Assembly (NCBI RefSeq): GCF_006345805.1
Contig: NC_042997.1
Location: 129,022,001-129,086,000, forward strand
Direction of reading: 5' to 3'
Source: Octopus sinensis
Taxonomy: Eukaryota
DNA: 64,000 nt
Shown here: piece after piece, positions 13,388-26,616 of the stretch
Numbering within the stretch: position 1 is the first letter of the stretch
Layout of the letters: every line of letters begins with the position of its first letter
The notes under the pieces: generated by a model
Told to the model about the DNA's origin: nothing
Database searches by the model: none
What the model saw: the letters and a program-made list of their open reading frames with translations, nothing else
Made by a program: the position numbers and the translations under genes

Positions 13388-14433
13388 GGATTTTTTCTTT
13401 TTGATGGACGGAATTTTCTAGTTAATTAAAAAATTTGAAACTTCGTATACTGGTAGAATGTGTCAAAAGAAAACATTATTGTAAACAAAATTGAAAACAA
13501 AATTGTAATTTGTAAGTTTAACGTAGTTTAATTCTACGAATTTTAACCAATGAAATCCCAGCATTTGAGCTGAAATCATTTGCTGCATCTAAAAACTCAC
13601 TCACACACGACTTATTCATCCTTCTCCTGTCTGTCTTCTGTCTTCTGCATGTGCTAGAAATAACAGCTATATCTCTTAAATCGATGAATTTCGTCGCCCA
13701 ATAAAAATATTAACGATATTTTTTTAATATTTTCTTTATTCTTTTTTACCGAAAAGGCTGCTCCCATGGTTTTGAAGGGCCAGAAAACAAAACAATAATA
13801 TGCCTAAAGCGGTCTAGAGTTTGCGCGTGGAGTGTGAGTCGTATTGTAAAAATTTGTGAAATATTTTTTCATAAAAGGATGCCCCAGCTTGTCGGAAGCT
13901 GTGATATAAATTGGGAAAAAAATCCTTGACACCAGTGTGTAATTGATACTTAATTTATCGACCCCGAAACGATGAAACATTGACCCCCCCCCTTTCTGGT
14001 TTATTTACCTTTTGCGCAAATTTGTTGCGGCAAGAGGCAACTCACAAACGTGTATGTATGCTTGTGTGCGTATGTGTGTGTATGTATATCTCCATTTGTA
14101 TGTGTGTGTACGCTTATATATTAATTACTATGTGCTTGTGCAAATGTATATGCATGTGTTTGAGAGAGAGAGAGAGTGACAGAGAGTGTGTGTGTGTTGT
14201 GCGTCTGCTATGTTTGTTTATCAATATCGATAACGCAGCAAATGATTTGAGCTCAAATGCTGGGATTTCATTGGTTAAAATTCGAAGAATTAAACTACCT
14301 TAAAGTTACAAATTACAATTTTGTTTTCAATTTTGTTTACAATAATGTTTTCTTTTGACACATTCTACCAGTATACGAAGTTTCAAATTTTTTAGTTAAC
14401 TAGAAAATTCCATCCATCAAAAAGAAAAGATCC
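13388..14433. mobile_element. Non-autonomous DNA transposon with ~200-bp TIRs and an 8-bp TSD (Merlin-like)
   Basis: Ends GGATTTTTTCTTTTTGATGGA...TCCATCAAAAAGAAAAGATCC; arms 13388-~13590 and ~14233-14433 are inverted; perfect TSD atcagaag at 13380-13387 and 14434-14441; splits an RTE 3'-end remnant. Confidence 0.9.
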
Positions 14434-14479
14434 ATCAGAAGATGTGGCTATGTCTTCTACACATACAAGATTGTCTTTT

Positions 14480-14752
14480 CAGGTGCCAGTTCCACTAAAA
14501 AAAGCACCTGTGCTGGTACTGCATTATCGCAGCCATGTTGGTGCTGTGTAAACACACCTGTGATGGTGACACATAAAAAGCACCCAGCACACTCTGTTAA
14601 GTGGTTAGCATTAAGAAGGGCATCCAGCCATAGAAACCATGCCACAACAGATAGTTGGAGTCTGGACAGCTCCCTGCTAGCCAGCGCCATCTCAAACTGT
14701 CCAAACCATGCCAGCATGGAGATGGAGAGTGGACATTAAACGACGATGAGGA
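14480..14752 (+). mobile_element. RTE-related short element (family C) with a (GAT)n tail
   Basis: aaaagcacccagcacactctgttaagtggttagcattaagaagggcatccagccatagaaac...ggacattaaacgacgatga; other copies near 10760-10935, 25800-26390, 38585-38960(-), 41040-41128 and 44240-44687. Confidence 0.7.
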
Positions 14753-14771
14753 TAAGACCAGTTTATAATAA

Positions 14772-15115
14772 TCCTTTCTACTATAGATACTAGGCCTGAA
14801 ATTTGGTGGGAGGAGATAAGTTGAATACGTCGACCCCAGTGCGTAACTGCTACTTATTTCATCAACCTCGAAAGGATGAAAGGCAAAGTCAACCTGGGTG
14901 CAATTTGAACTCAGAACATTGTGACAGGTGGAACACCACTAAGCATTTCATCCAGCATGCTAACTATTCTTATTTCTTTACTGCCCACAAGGGGCTACAC
15001 ACAGAGGGGACATACAAGAACAGACAAACGGATTAAGTCAATTATATTGACCCCAATGTGTAACTGGTACTTATTTAATCGACCCCAAAAGAATGAAAGG
15101 CAAAGTCGACCTCAG
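14772..15115 (-). mobile_element. Two abutting SINE family A segments
   Basis: Two copies of aaggcaaagtc(a/g)acct with family A tails. Confidence 0.75.
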
Positions 15116-16523
15116 CATCGAGGATGTTAAAACTCTTCCAAAATTCTTCAATCATAGAACCATTTTCTTTATCAGTTATTTCAATGAGTCTTTCATAGAT
15201 GAAATGGAGAGAGTAAGTTTTGAATAATGAAATGACTCCTTGATCCATAGGCTGCAATAAAGATGTTGTATTGGGAGGTAAAAAAACATTAATATTTTGA
15301 TGGTGATGCTTTTAGCATGACTGGGGGCATTACCCATTATCAAAAGAATTTTGAAAGGAATTTTTTTATCTTTACAAAATTTTTCTACTTCAGGAACAAA
15401 GTGATTAGAAAACCAATCTTCAAACAGAGTTCCTGTCACCCAAGCTTTTTTTGTTATGCTTCCAGATTACAGGAAGTTTTGTCTTATCAATTCCTTTTAA
15501 AGCACGGGAGTTTTCAGATTGATAATCATGGACTTGGGTTTGCAGTCCCCTTCACAATTTCCTCCCAGAAGCAATGTTATCCTATCCTTTGCAGTTTCAC
15601 TCCTGGCATTGAAGATTCTTCTCTCACAATAAAAGTTTTTGAGGGCATTCATTTCCAAAGTAGGCCCATCTCATCCACATTAAATATTTGAGATGGTATA
15701 AAGCCGTCTTCTTCAATCAAATCTAATTGGTGAGGAAAAGTTTCTGCAGCTTTTTGATCTGCACTAGACAATTCTCCTTGGATCTTCACATTGTGTAGAT
15801 CTGCTTGCTTTCTGAAACGATCAACCCAACCATTGCTCACTACAAATGTTTCATTTGATCTATCTGATTTATCTTTAAGTGAATTAAAAAGGGAAATTGC
15901 TTTACTGCAAATTATAGCCTGACTAAGTAGCATATGAAGTCTATGAATGTCATTGTTAATCCAAGCTGTCAAAAGATTTTCTGTGCATGAAATTAAACTT
16001 TCATTATCTTTTCTTCATAACCAATTTAAAGAGTGACTTTCTTTTGCTTTATTTAAATAATCTTCCTTTGCTTCAAGATAGTACAAACAGATGAAGGAGC
16101 CATATAATGTTTTTTTTTTTATAAATCTTTAAGAGTTGCACATTTTTCATGTTGTTTAATCAATTCATATTTTATTTCTAAAGTAATTGCTTCGTATTTC
16201 TTCTTATCCTTTCTTTGCAAGTCAGAATTCTTTCTTTTTGAAGATATCACAAGGGTATTCAAAGAAATAAAAATGCTCAAAAAATTTTTTAAAAGATGAA
16301 GGAATGAAGATAAAATGCAGGCTAGCATGAAGGAAGTCAGGCAGGCACTGACACACTTCAAATCCAAAAAACAGTTGCAGGCAATCACTTGAGGTAACAG
16401 GTGCTGCCAGACCGGAAGTGACACACATTGCCATGATAAACCCTTTTTGTCATTTTTTTTTTATCTACAATTCTTAAAGATGAAGTTTCGTAAATCAGGG
16501 TTATGTAAAATGAGGTATGCCTG
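15116..16523 (-). mobile_element. Tigger/pogo-family DNA transposon, decayed and 3'-truncated (TIGD1-like transposase)
   Basis: 5' TIR CAGGCATACCTCATTTTA (rc of 16506-16523) resembles the Tigger1 terminus; HTH KKKYEAITLEIKYELIK, SNGWVDRFRK, QIFNVDEMGLLWK, FKILLIMGNAPSH, QPMDQGVI. Confidence 0.9.
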
Positions 16524-16571
16524 CGCATATATATATATACACAAACACACATATATATATGTATATCATTA

Positions 16572-16620
16572 ATCAGTTTTATTTCAAGATTTCTTACCAA
16601 TAGAGAAAGAGCTGGTTTCT
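16572..16620 (-). mobile_element. 3' tip of the R4/Dong-like LINE also found at 29.4 kb
   Basis: Reverse complement of agaaaccagctctttctctattggtaagaaatcttgaaataaaactga (29416-29463). Confidence 0.75.
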
Positions 16621-16626
16621 GTATTT

Positions 16627-17498
16627 AAGAGAGGGTACCCAAAAGAAACCACAATTTTGCAATATCATTTTATTCACTTAGTTTACACTCTTATCACTTT
16701 CAAAGTATTTTCCATTTGAACTAATGCATCGGTCCAGGTTTTCCACTATTCAAAGCAGTGCTAGAATTCTTGCGAAGTGATGCCTCTGTTGATTTTTTCT
16801 TCACCTCTTCCACATCTGCAAATTCTGAGCACCAGCTTTAGTCACCAGTGATGATCTTCGATATAAGGTCTGGATAAACTTCCAACTGTTCTTTCAGTTC
16901 ACGATATGTATTCAGTTGTGACTGCTTTTGATCTTCTGTGAGCAGGCGAGGCACAAATTTTACTGCAACTCATCATTCACAATTCCTCACTCAAAATTCA
17001 TTGTCAGGAGCTCCAGGACACACCAGTCATATTAACAAGGGTGTCAATTGTTCAGTGATGGTCCTCCAAGATCTGTTCATGAATTTTCGATATTTTCATT
17101 CATTTGAGAGGTCAACAGTTGCCCTGAACAAGGTTGGTCTTCAAGTGAAAAGTGATCATTCCTAAAGCATGAAAACCACTCATAAACTTGTGTTTTCTCA
17201 TAGCAGCATCCTTGTCTGAAGCATGACAACTGTTTTGGTCACCATTTTCCCCCAGCAGAAAACAGAATTTCATGGAATCACACTGTTCCTTTATTTCATC
17301 CATCTCAAAAATCAACAAACAATGGGGAAGTACTGCAAAACAAAGATGCACCACATAGCAGTACAACTTTACCCAACGTCACTGATAAGCAGACTGATGC
17401 CTGAGGGTTGCATCAAGTGGCTTCTAGTGGCAGAAGCCTGAACTACAATGGATTTGTCTCACAGAGAACGTTTCTGTTACTTTTGGATACCTCCTCAT
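16627..17498 (-). mobile_element. Internally deleted mariner element
   Basis: Imperfect TIRs gagggtacccaaaagaaac / gttacttttggatacctcctcata; fragments MDEIKEQCDSMKFCFLLG, KFVPRLLTEDQKQ, IITGD*SW. Confidence 0.8.
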
Positions 17499-17529
17499 AT
17501 ATATGTATGTATATATATATATATATAGT

Positions 17530-17900
17530 GAAGGATCAATGGCCCAGTGGTTAGACTCGTGGTCGTAGGATTATGGTTTCGATTCCCAGACCAGGCATTG
17601 TGTGTGTTTATTGAGCAAAAACACCTGAAGCTCCACGAGGCTCCGGAAGGGGATGGAGGTGAACCCTGCTGTACTCTTTCACCACAACTTTCACTCTCTC
17701 TTCCTGTTTCTATTATACCTGTATTTCAAAGGGCCAGCCTTGTCACACTCTGTGTCATGCTGAATCTCCCTGTGAACTACGTTAAGGGTACACGTGTCTG
17801 TGGGGTGCTCAGCCACTTGCACATTAATTTCACGAGCAGGCTATTCTGTTGATCGGATCAACTGGAACCCGTGTCAGCATAACTGATGGAGTGCCACGAT
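17530..17900 (+). mobile_element. tRNA-derived SINE family D (tail type 1)
   Basis: Pol III A box TGGCCCAGTGG and B box GGTTTCGATTCC; body shared with the 36560-36858 copy; ends in (TATG)n. Confidence 0.8.
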
Positions 17901-18041
17901 GTATATATGTGTGTATGTATGTATGTATGTATGTATGTATGCATGCATGTATGTATGTATGCATGTATGTATGTATGCATGCATGTATGTATGCATATGA
18001 GTTTTCCCTTTGTCTTACTTCTTTCAATACATGGTTATGTC

Positions 18042-18255
18042 AAGGTAGCGAGCTGGCAGAAACATTAGCATGCCGGGCAAAATGCTTAGCAGTATTTCAT
18101 CTGTCTTTACATTCTGAGTTCAAATTCTGCCGAGGTCAACTTTGCCTGTCATCTTTTTGGGGTCGATAAATTAGGTATCAGTTGCATACTGGGGTCAATC
18201 TAATCAACAGGCCTCCTCCCAAAAAGTTTCAGGCCTTGTGCCTAGAGTAAAAAAA
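18042..18255 (+). mobile_element. SINE family A
   Basis: aggtagcgagctggcagaaacattagcatgccgggc...caggccttgtgcctagagtaaaaa. Confidence 0.85.
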
Positions 18256-18636
18256 AATACATAGCTATGTTTTTAGCAAAAAATATGACAAACATTATTA
18301 TTTGTTATATAAAATTTGAAAATTTGCAGCCATTTACATGCATGTGTAGTCTACTAACAGTTTGTTCAAATTTTAGCTCATTGACTGAATATAATTTTAT
18401 TCAGAAAAACCGTTCCCCATGCAATTTACTAGTAAAGAATACCATTCATATATGCTCTCCCAACACTGTGATGTGTGCATTGTCAACTTGTAGATGATTG
18501 CTCAAATTTTAAATTGTTAAATGAATGGGTTCCCAGTCATTCATATACATTTAATTCATTTATAGTCTGCTCACTGCCATACCATATTTGTACCTAATAC
18601 ATTACATTCTTACTATGAAATGTAAATAATACTCAC

Positions 18637-18735
18637 AATCTGGAAAATGATCATTTAAAAACTTTAGAATGTTTGCTCGTATTTCTGTCAGAATATCAGC
18701 AGAACTTCGAAGCAAATGATGATGTGTCTTATTGC
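18637..18735 (-). CDS. Exon 4 of the secreted glycoprotein gene
   Basis: Acceptor cttttattttcttcccttaag, donor gtgagt; 99 nt, phase 1-1: (S)NKTHHHLLRSSADILTEIRANILKFLNDHFPD. Confidence 0.9.
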
Positions 18736-20008
18736 CTTAAGGGAAGAAAATAAAAGAAATAAACATTGTTATATCATCATTACAGTTATAATATCTGTAA
18801 ATTTTTAAAGTATATTAGTAGGGTTAATGTTAAATTATAATAATTGGTCAATGTTTAGTTTTAATCTCAAGTTTTAAGATTTTCCAAAGTTATGTTAAAT
18901 CACAGCAAATATCCTCAAATCTATGAAGAAAATTCTTCAAATAATGTAATTCAAAGAAGAATATATTGGAAAGGTTTCTTTTTGCCTTATCTAGATCTGA
19001 ACTCAGAATAGCAAGATAAGCAAGCATTCATCAATTATAAGTGTCTTTATAAGGATAGGTAAATTTGGTTATCAAAATTATTCTTTGTTGGTGATACAAT
19101 ATAGAGCTGGTGGTTGAATATCAATTATCTAACTTTCAATTAATTCATATTACTGCATTTTATATGTTGAAATAACTGTAGGTTTCTAGTAACCTCAGAG
19201 CTCAGAAAGGTTTTAGAGCCAGTTGTGATATATTTGCACTCAAAGACTGTGTTTAAAAAAATATACATATTTACCATTTTTTGAATCTAAATTAAACTGA
19301 GATAAGACTAAGACAAAATTTGCTTCATTAAAATTTACCTGTTGCTACTTAAAAGAAAAGAGTTAGCAATGGAATTTTGGTTGCACCAGCAAAGCCAAAA
19401 TCAAAACAAGAGCTTAGAAAATAGGAATGGATTTTTAAAAATCCTTTTCAGATTTAATCGCAGATTTTAAAAGCTTTAACACGACAATGAGTTTTGTCAG
19501 AGATGTTAAGGCATTGTAGGAAATATTATCTAAAGTTTCTTCTACAACAGTGACAACTTCTTATTTAAACAACCACAACAAAGATGTGTCGCATAATGCT
19601 TTGTCATGAATGTCTTTCCCCCATTAGGTTTAGTTGGTCCTCAATTTCATGTAAGCATGTATCTGATGTCCCATTAAATGCAGGTGTGTTGGTGTTGTTT
19701 GATACTAGGTTAGCTTTGATCCTGAAAATGTATGATCAAAGTCATTCCAGCGATGACCATTCCATCTTTCATTTAGATATAGTACATTCCTTTTTCAAAA
19801 TAGTAGATGCAAGCTAGTAGGAATTTGCCTGTTATTTCCAGCAGGTCATATGGTCCTGAGCCTACATTAGTAATTGTTTTTAGACAAACCACTTTATTTT
19901 CTACATCACTCAGTTCACTTATCAGTTGGCAATAACAATCTGATTACCTGAGATCCTATCCAGGGAAAAATACTTTAGGTACTTTATCATTTAAGCACTA
20001 ACCTTTAA

Positions 20009-20228
20009 TTCTTTAGCATTTAATCCAGCCATATCCAGCCTAAATATTCTACCTGTTTTATGTTCAAAATTACTAGATCCAACTTCTCACACCTACCCTA
20101 CAATGTCATTGTAAAAATATACAAATACACCATTGAAATCTTGAAGCTACAAGATAAAGTATGACTAATTCAAAACAATGTGAATATATAATCAATTCAT
20201 TTAACAAAGAAATCTGAATACCAAAGGG
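20009..20228. mobile_element. piggyBac-type MITE
   Basis: TTAA on both flanks (20005-20008, 20229-20232); ends ttctttagcatt...aataccaaaggg approximate CCCTTT...AAAGGG. Confidence 0.6.
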
Positions 20229-20468
20229 TTAAAATACCTGCTTTGTTATTTAAGAATCATTTATTTTTATTTAACAATGAGACTATAATATTCACTACTT
20301 CAGTAAAATCCATACATTTAAACAAATAGATTTTAGAAATAAAATATATTTATTTTTGTCTTAGTTTCCAGAAATTTTCTGCTATGTTTCCATTGTGGAA
20401 GTTGTGAAAGAAAGAAGGGTTCAGAATAATGAACAAAACTTTGACTATGATATTTTTCAGGTACTTAC

Positions 20469-20561
20469 TCTGAACTGACTCATCATCAAGTTCTTTTAGA
20501 AGTTCGCTAAGTTCTGTAAATGGATCAGCCAAAACCTTTTCAATGTCTTCAAATCTTACTT
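20469..20561 (-). CDS. Exon 3 of the secreted glycoprotein gene
   Basis: Acceptor ttttttttatattacag, donor gtaagtac; 93 nt, phase 1-1: (E)VRFEDIEKVLADPFTELSELLKELDDESVQ. Confidence 0.9.
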
Positions 20562-21979
20562 CTGTAATATAAAAAAAATACCTTTTATATCATCTTATTA
20601 TTTATATAAGTTTATCATCATTACTAACCTTCTTGTTACTTATAACTATGCACACACATTTTTATATAGATAATCCTATCAACCCAAACTAGTATGAAAT
20701 AGGGATGCTAAATGATGATGATGATGATGATGATGATGCTGATGATGATATTATCCTCCATTCTCCATTTGTCTTCCACAAACATCTCCCAAAGTTTACA
20801 AAAATTTCTTCAGCAGTACCAGAGCACCACGAGTATCAATGAAAACACAGTTAAAAATAATCAAAATTGATACAAATGCCAGGCCCCATAATTTCTAATA
20901 ATTTCACATGGTAACCTAACATATATAACCTTGTCAAAGCTTCATTTCTGAAAAAGAAGCTGATTCTAGAAACTGGCCCTTTTTCCAGGGATAGAAAACT
21001 GCTTGTTGAGAGTTAACTTCATCCCCTAATCAGCTGCTGAGTCTGAACAAGACTCAGGTAAACATATGAGACTGAGCTGTTGCTGCTATGTGCGCAAACA
21101 TTCTAGGCCACATCTCAAAACAGCTGTCTAGTTGATTGACAATAATTCATTTACCAACATACACACCAACTATAGATTCACAGAACCATTTCCTCTTTCC
21201 CTCTCTTTCTCTCATAATAATAGATTTTGTTCTTCCCCAATATACCCAAATAACCAACAAGACAATCTGCTACAAGCCACAGATCTGATCCACCAATGAA
21301 GCATGATTCTAGCGAGATGGAATTATCACAGTAGATAGAGATACAGAAGATGAGAGAGAGGCTCAGAGAAACTGAAGGAAGTGGGAAGAAAGGAACAATA
21401 TCAGGTAGCTTAGAAAAGTTAAGTGTCAGGTATGCATAGTAAGGCGGGAAGCTGGTGGTAAGATTTTGTCAAGGATCTACAATAAGATCAGAGGTGTGAG
21501 ATGTTCCAGATTGTAAAGCCATCTATGAATCAATATGATGTTAGGAAACAGTAAATGCAAAATGATAGTGGTACACTTGCAGTCACTGACACCAAAAATA
21601 AAAAAGATGAAAATGTTACTAGCACGGGGCACAAGTGCCAATAAGATGACACTGGTAATGACCACACTCGAATAGTGCTTTTTATGTGTCACTGGCACTC
21701 GACTGGTGCCTTTTATGACAAAGATAAAAGAGATGTTCAAGAAAGAGGCATGAAACTGATGGACCAAGTTATGAAAATAACAGAGATACAGCACTACTAA
21801 TTAGGGAAAGATTTGACTGGATGTAGTGCAGTTTGGTTTGTACTAGAATGAGGAGGCACCATCAATGTCCTCTTTCTGGCTTTAACAAAGAATAAGTCAC
21901 TGTACTTAGCAGCTGTCAACTTCTGACAAAGTACCACACTCTGTACTCCGGTACTCACTCTGAAAACTAGTTGTAAATG

Positions 21980-22430
21980 AAGAGCTTGTGAGAGCTTATT
22001 ACAAACAATGTACAAAGATGCAGTCAGAAAGATGAAAGTTGTCAATGAACTCCATCAGGAATTTAGCATTCAAGTTGTTGCCCATCAAGGATGGGTCTTC
22101 AACCTCCCACTAGTATTTTATAACTCTCCAGTCTTAAAAGAAGATTTTAAATCAATTATCTATGAGAACTTCCCCACACTGATAACCTAGTTCTCATTGC
22201 TAAATCTGTCAAAGGATTCAAGAAGGAAATCTAAACATGTAAACAAAAACGTACAATCAAAAGGCTTAAAGTAAGCCTAACAAAGGCAAAAGTTTTGACA
22301 GGAAAAAAGACAGGACACCACTAACTGGAAAATGGCTAACTCAATATGCAGAATAAGTGTATGTAGGAATTGCATACAGTGTACACATAGTTTACACAAA
22401 AGACACCATGTGATCACAAGTATATTAACA
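21980..22430 (+). mobile_element. RTE-clade LINE reverse-transcriptase remnant
   Basis: MYKDAVRKMKVVNELHQEFSIQVVAHQGWVFNLPL resembles RTE MY...F.V.VGVHQGSVLSPLLF. Confidence 0.65.
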
Positions 22431-22452
22431 GGAATTTTCATGTAACTGAGAC

Positions 22453-22775
22453 ACAGGCATGGCTGTGCAGTTAAGAAGCTTGTTTCTCAACCATGTTGTC
22501 TAGGGTTCAGTCTCATTTCATGGTACATTAGGCAAGTATCTTCTGCTACAGCTTCTACAAGTTGACCAAAGCCTTGTGAGTGGATTTGGTAGACAGAAAC
22601 TAAAAGCCTGTCATATATGTGCATATAAATGTATGTGTGTTTGTGTTTACCCTTCTCTAGACATCACATGATGGCTGTAAATGAGTATTATTTTTTTTCA
22701 GTCTTTTGTGAAAAAAACATATCTGCCCATGGGAAAATATTATGTTGCTTGGAAATAGGTGAGGTTTTGCAACAA
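22453..22775 (+). mobile_element. SINE family B variant
   Basis: caggcatggctgtgcagttaagaagcttg...gaccaaagccttgtgagtggatttggtagacagaaact. Confidence 0.75.
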
Positions 22776-22945
22776 CAATGACAATGTGGGGACAGTGGCA
22801 GCAGTGATGGTGTCAATTACAATGGTGATGATGATAAACAACAATGATGTTGAATAGATGTTTAGCAATAGACAGCAGTGAGAGCACACATGAAATGAAT
22901 TGCTTCAAAGACAGGAAGGTTCTATGGAAGTAGTTTGCTGTTATC

Positions 22946-23338
22946 TTATTTCATTATTGCCCACAAGGGGCTAAACATAGAGGGGACAGACAAAGGGATT
23001 AAGTCAATTACATCGACCCCAGTGCATAGCTGGTACTTAATTTATCAACCCTAAAAGGATGAACGGCAAAGTCGATCTCAGCAGAATTTGAACTCAGAAC
23101 GTAATGGCAGACGAAATACCTATTTCTCTACTACCCACAAGGGGACAAACAAGGACAGACAAACGGATTAAGTTGATTACGTTGACCCCAGTGCGTAACT
23201 GGTACTTAATTTATTGACCCTGAAAGGATGAAAGGTAAAGTTGACCTCGGCAGAATTTGAACTCAGAACGTAAAGACAGACAAAATACCGCTAAGCATTT
23301 TGCCCAGTGTGCTAATGTTTCTGCCAGCTTGCTGCCTT
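22946..23338 (-). mobile_element. Dimeric SINE family A
   Basis: Head at the 23338 end followed by two tandem body+tail units joined at gacgaaatac|ctatttct (~23120). Confidence 0.85.
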
Positions 23339-23559
23339 ACTGTTATCTATTTGACCTAATTAGCAGTAGAATTGGAGGTTTCAAAATCATAGCAGCCAGA
23401 ATAAGAAAGTAGCGGGGAAATTTCAGAGGAAAATTCCCTCTGTTAGCAACAAAGGCAGGTTTTATAATGATTTGTATGAAAGGTAGTGCTGAATTGCAAT
23501 GAAACAAACACTAAATGAGTAGGATGTGTGAAGAGTAGAGAAAAATGAGGCAAGAATGA

Positions 23560-23860
23560 TCTGCAGGATGCATAATATTAATGTGTATGAATGACAGAAC
23601 ACAGGTGAGCTGGGAAGAAAACTGGCTGTAAGAGAAATCATGCATAATGTGCTAGAGAGAAGACTGAACTGGCACAGATATGTGATGTGAATGATGAATG
23701 ACAGTTGGGTAAAGATTTAACAAGCAATCCAAGTGAAAGAAACCTGCAGTAGAGGACGACTGTGGAAGATATAGCAAGAGGTAGGGAAAGCTCATCACAC
23801 CATACTGAACTTCTCGAAGGAGATGACGAGAGAAAGCAACAGTAGTGTTCAGCCCATACA
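23560..23860 (+). mobile_element. RTE LINE 3' remnant followed by (GAT/AAT)n low complexity
   Basis: ERRLNWHRYVM...CSRGRLWKI resembles the RLRWYGHV...RGRP.KTW C-terminus of RTE. Confidence 0.6.
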
Positions 23861-24128
23861 GGCCTAAAGTGACATTAACAATGATGATAACTGTGATGAT
23901 GGCGGCAATGATGACAATGGTGATGTTGATAAGGATGATGATAACAACAATGACAACAGCAATGATGACAACAATGGCAAATATGACTGATCAAAATGAG
24001 GACAATGATGATGATGACAGTAATGATGATGATGATAAAAAGGATATCTGTTAGAAGCATTCCACACATGTGATTCAAATCCCATCACTGCCACACCAAA
24101 ATAATATCAAAGGAAGGGTAACACCTAC

Positions 24129-24153
24129 CAGCAACTTCTGTTACGTTACTTTC
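24129..24153 (-). CDS. Exon 2 (25-nt microexon) of the secreted glycoprotein gene
   Basis: Long pyrimidine tract tttatttctttttcttctatttcag, donor CTG|gtaggt; GAA AGT AAC GTA ACA GAA GTT GCT G = ESNVTEVA; phase 0-1 exactly bridges exon 1 (phase 0) to exon 3 (phase 1). Confidence 0.82.
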
Positions 24154-26616
24154 CTGAAATAGAAGAAAAAGAAATAAAAGTAAGAAACATGTTTAAAGTA
24201 GGGAAGATACTTGATTGCTTATATGTAGAGGTGTTTAAGCATGTTAGAGAAATAGATTTAGGAGAAATTTTACTTTAATTATTGTTAGTTTCACAGATAA
24301 TAAACAGTAAACTATTAGGTGTTATTTCTACACATGTTTACCAATATTTTACAATCTATTCTTAAAACAATAGCAAAACTGGGAAAAGTGTTCTCATTCC
24401 TGATTGAAGTCAGCTGTTGCAACTTTCTGACTGAATCATTGCATTATTTCCTGCGAAAGATAGATCTGAAACCCAAACAGCCAAAGAAAGCCACCGAGGA
24501 GACAGGCATAGCAGCTGAAGCCAATTCAAGACAGCTATTGCTAACTTCAGGTGGATGAAGACTTATTCAGTTCTCATTACCCCACTCAAGCAAAACATAT
24601 AGCTTAAGGGGAGAAAACAGTTGTGACCCTGAGATACCAGCTGATGTGGAAGGGTTTCTGACGGTGCAATGGATTCAGAAGAGCTTGCAAAACCTGAGTA
24701 GCTCCTGTGGGGGTAACACATCTTAGATGTTTATTTAACCAGTATAGTTAAAGATATATATCTGTTATTGTTCTTAACAGTAGCACTTTTCCTGTGTCAA
24801 TATAGTGTTAATGTATTATTTTATATTTGTTAGCCTTCTTTTTTCTTTCTTGTTTTTTTTTGTTTTGTTTTCTTTTAGTCATAAGAGAAGACAGTAACCA
24901 TGACTCATTACAGGGAAGATGGGAGGAAGATATTCTCTCAAACCAGAAACTGGTCTGAGTGCTTGACATAAAGTGAACTCTGCTAGAGGCACCCAGAGTG
25001 CCAAGTGATAATGTTAAACTGGGTAATAGTTTAAGTCTATCACCCAAGACATTAATTTCTTTAGGGTTTTTTTTTCTGTTAATTATAAAAAAATCTGTAG
25101 ATGGCTTATGAACTGTGAAAACATACAATGAGAGATCCAAGTAGTGCAACACAGATGGAAGAAGTGAGGTGTAGACCACAAACAGGACTATGTTGAAACA
25201 TACCACTTCCTTTGGTTACATTCCATGAGAGTATCTTAGTCATCCTATGAACTTTTCAGATGATCCTCATATGTTGACTGTTAAAGCATGTATTAATTAA
25301 TTCTGTGGAGGAGTGTATCAACTGCAGGATTATATTAACTATAAAGGGGATGATAACTGAGATAAACTTCTACCCAAACAGTGTTAAATATTGTAATAAA
25401 TACAACACGTGTAATATATACAAATTATATTGCTAAATATACAGATAATAATGAAATATCTATTGACAAAATTTTTTTTACATAGTGAGGTTACATTATA
25501 TTGAGATGATATTACAATCATCATAATCATCATCATCATCATTGTTTTAACATCCAGTTTTCCATGCTTGCATGGGTCAGATGGAATTTGTTAAGGTAGA
25601 AATTCTACAACCAGATGTCGTTCCTGTCATCAATTACCACCTGTTTTCACAGAATATTGGAAATGAAGAATATTGCTTGTATGACAGTGATACTCACTTA
25701 CAGTGGCAAAGCAAGGAGACAGTAACACACTAACACAGACACACACACACACACAGACACGCATACACACACATACACACACACGCATATATATGTATAC
25801 CTGCATCACCTTATTGGCACTTGTGCTGGTGGCACGTGAAAAAACATTTGAGCGAGCTCGTTGCCAGTGCTGCTGGACTGGCTCCTGTGCAGGTGGCACA
25901 TAAAAAGTACCACTTGAGTGTGGCCATTGCCAGTACTGCCTGACTGGTCCTCGTGCAGGTGGTATGTAAAAGCACTCACTACATTCTCAGAGTGGTTGGC
26001 ATTAGGAAGGGCATTCAGCTGTAGAAACTCTGCCAGATCAGATTGGAGTCTGGTGCAGCCATCTGGTCCACCAGACCTCAGTTAAATCGTTCAACCCATA
26101 CTAGCATGGAAAGCGGATGTTAAACGATGATGATGATATATATATATCAGTGACACAGAAAAAACACTTGTTCCAGTGTCACACTAGAATGCTCATGCAG
26201 TGCCATATAAAAGCACCCAGCATTCATTGTAAAATGGTTGGCATTAAGAAGGGCATCTGGCTGTAGAAACCTTACCAAATCAGACTGCAGCCTGGTGCAA
26301 TTCTTCAGCTTACCAGCTCTGGTCAAACCATCCAACCCATGCCAGCATGGATAATGGCTGTTAAATGATGATGATGATGATGATGATGCTGATATGTTAT
26401 TTAAAACAGTTTTGATTTGATTCCATGCTACTTCAAGCTTCACAGGCTTGTAACAGGAGTCCAACTCCTTCAGGCTCCCATTAGGGGCCTGCAAAACTTG
26501 AAGTAGCACAGAACTGAACCAAACTGCTTTAAATAATACATTTAACTCCTACTAAATGTGTTGAATGTCCTTTTATTTCATTTGTCCTCTCACTTGTATG
26601 TATGTGTGTGTGTGTA

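Noticed and set aside
21075-21135. Possible hammerhead (AAAACAGCTGTC); a similar case lies at 24572-24626
   Set aside because: The CUGANGA core is absent or has several mismatches; too degenerate to call.
23845-24094. Met/Thr-rich and His-rich ORFs
   Set aside because: Products of (GAT/AAT/CAA)n low-complexity sequence.
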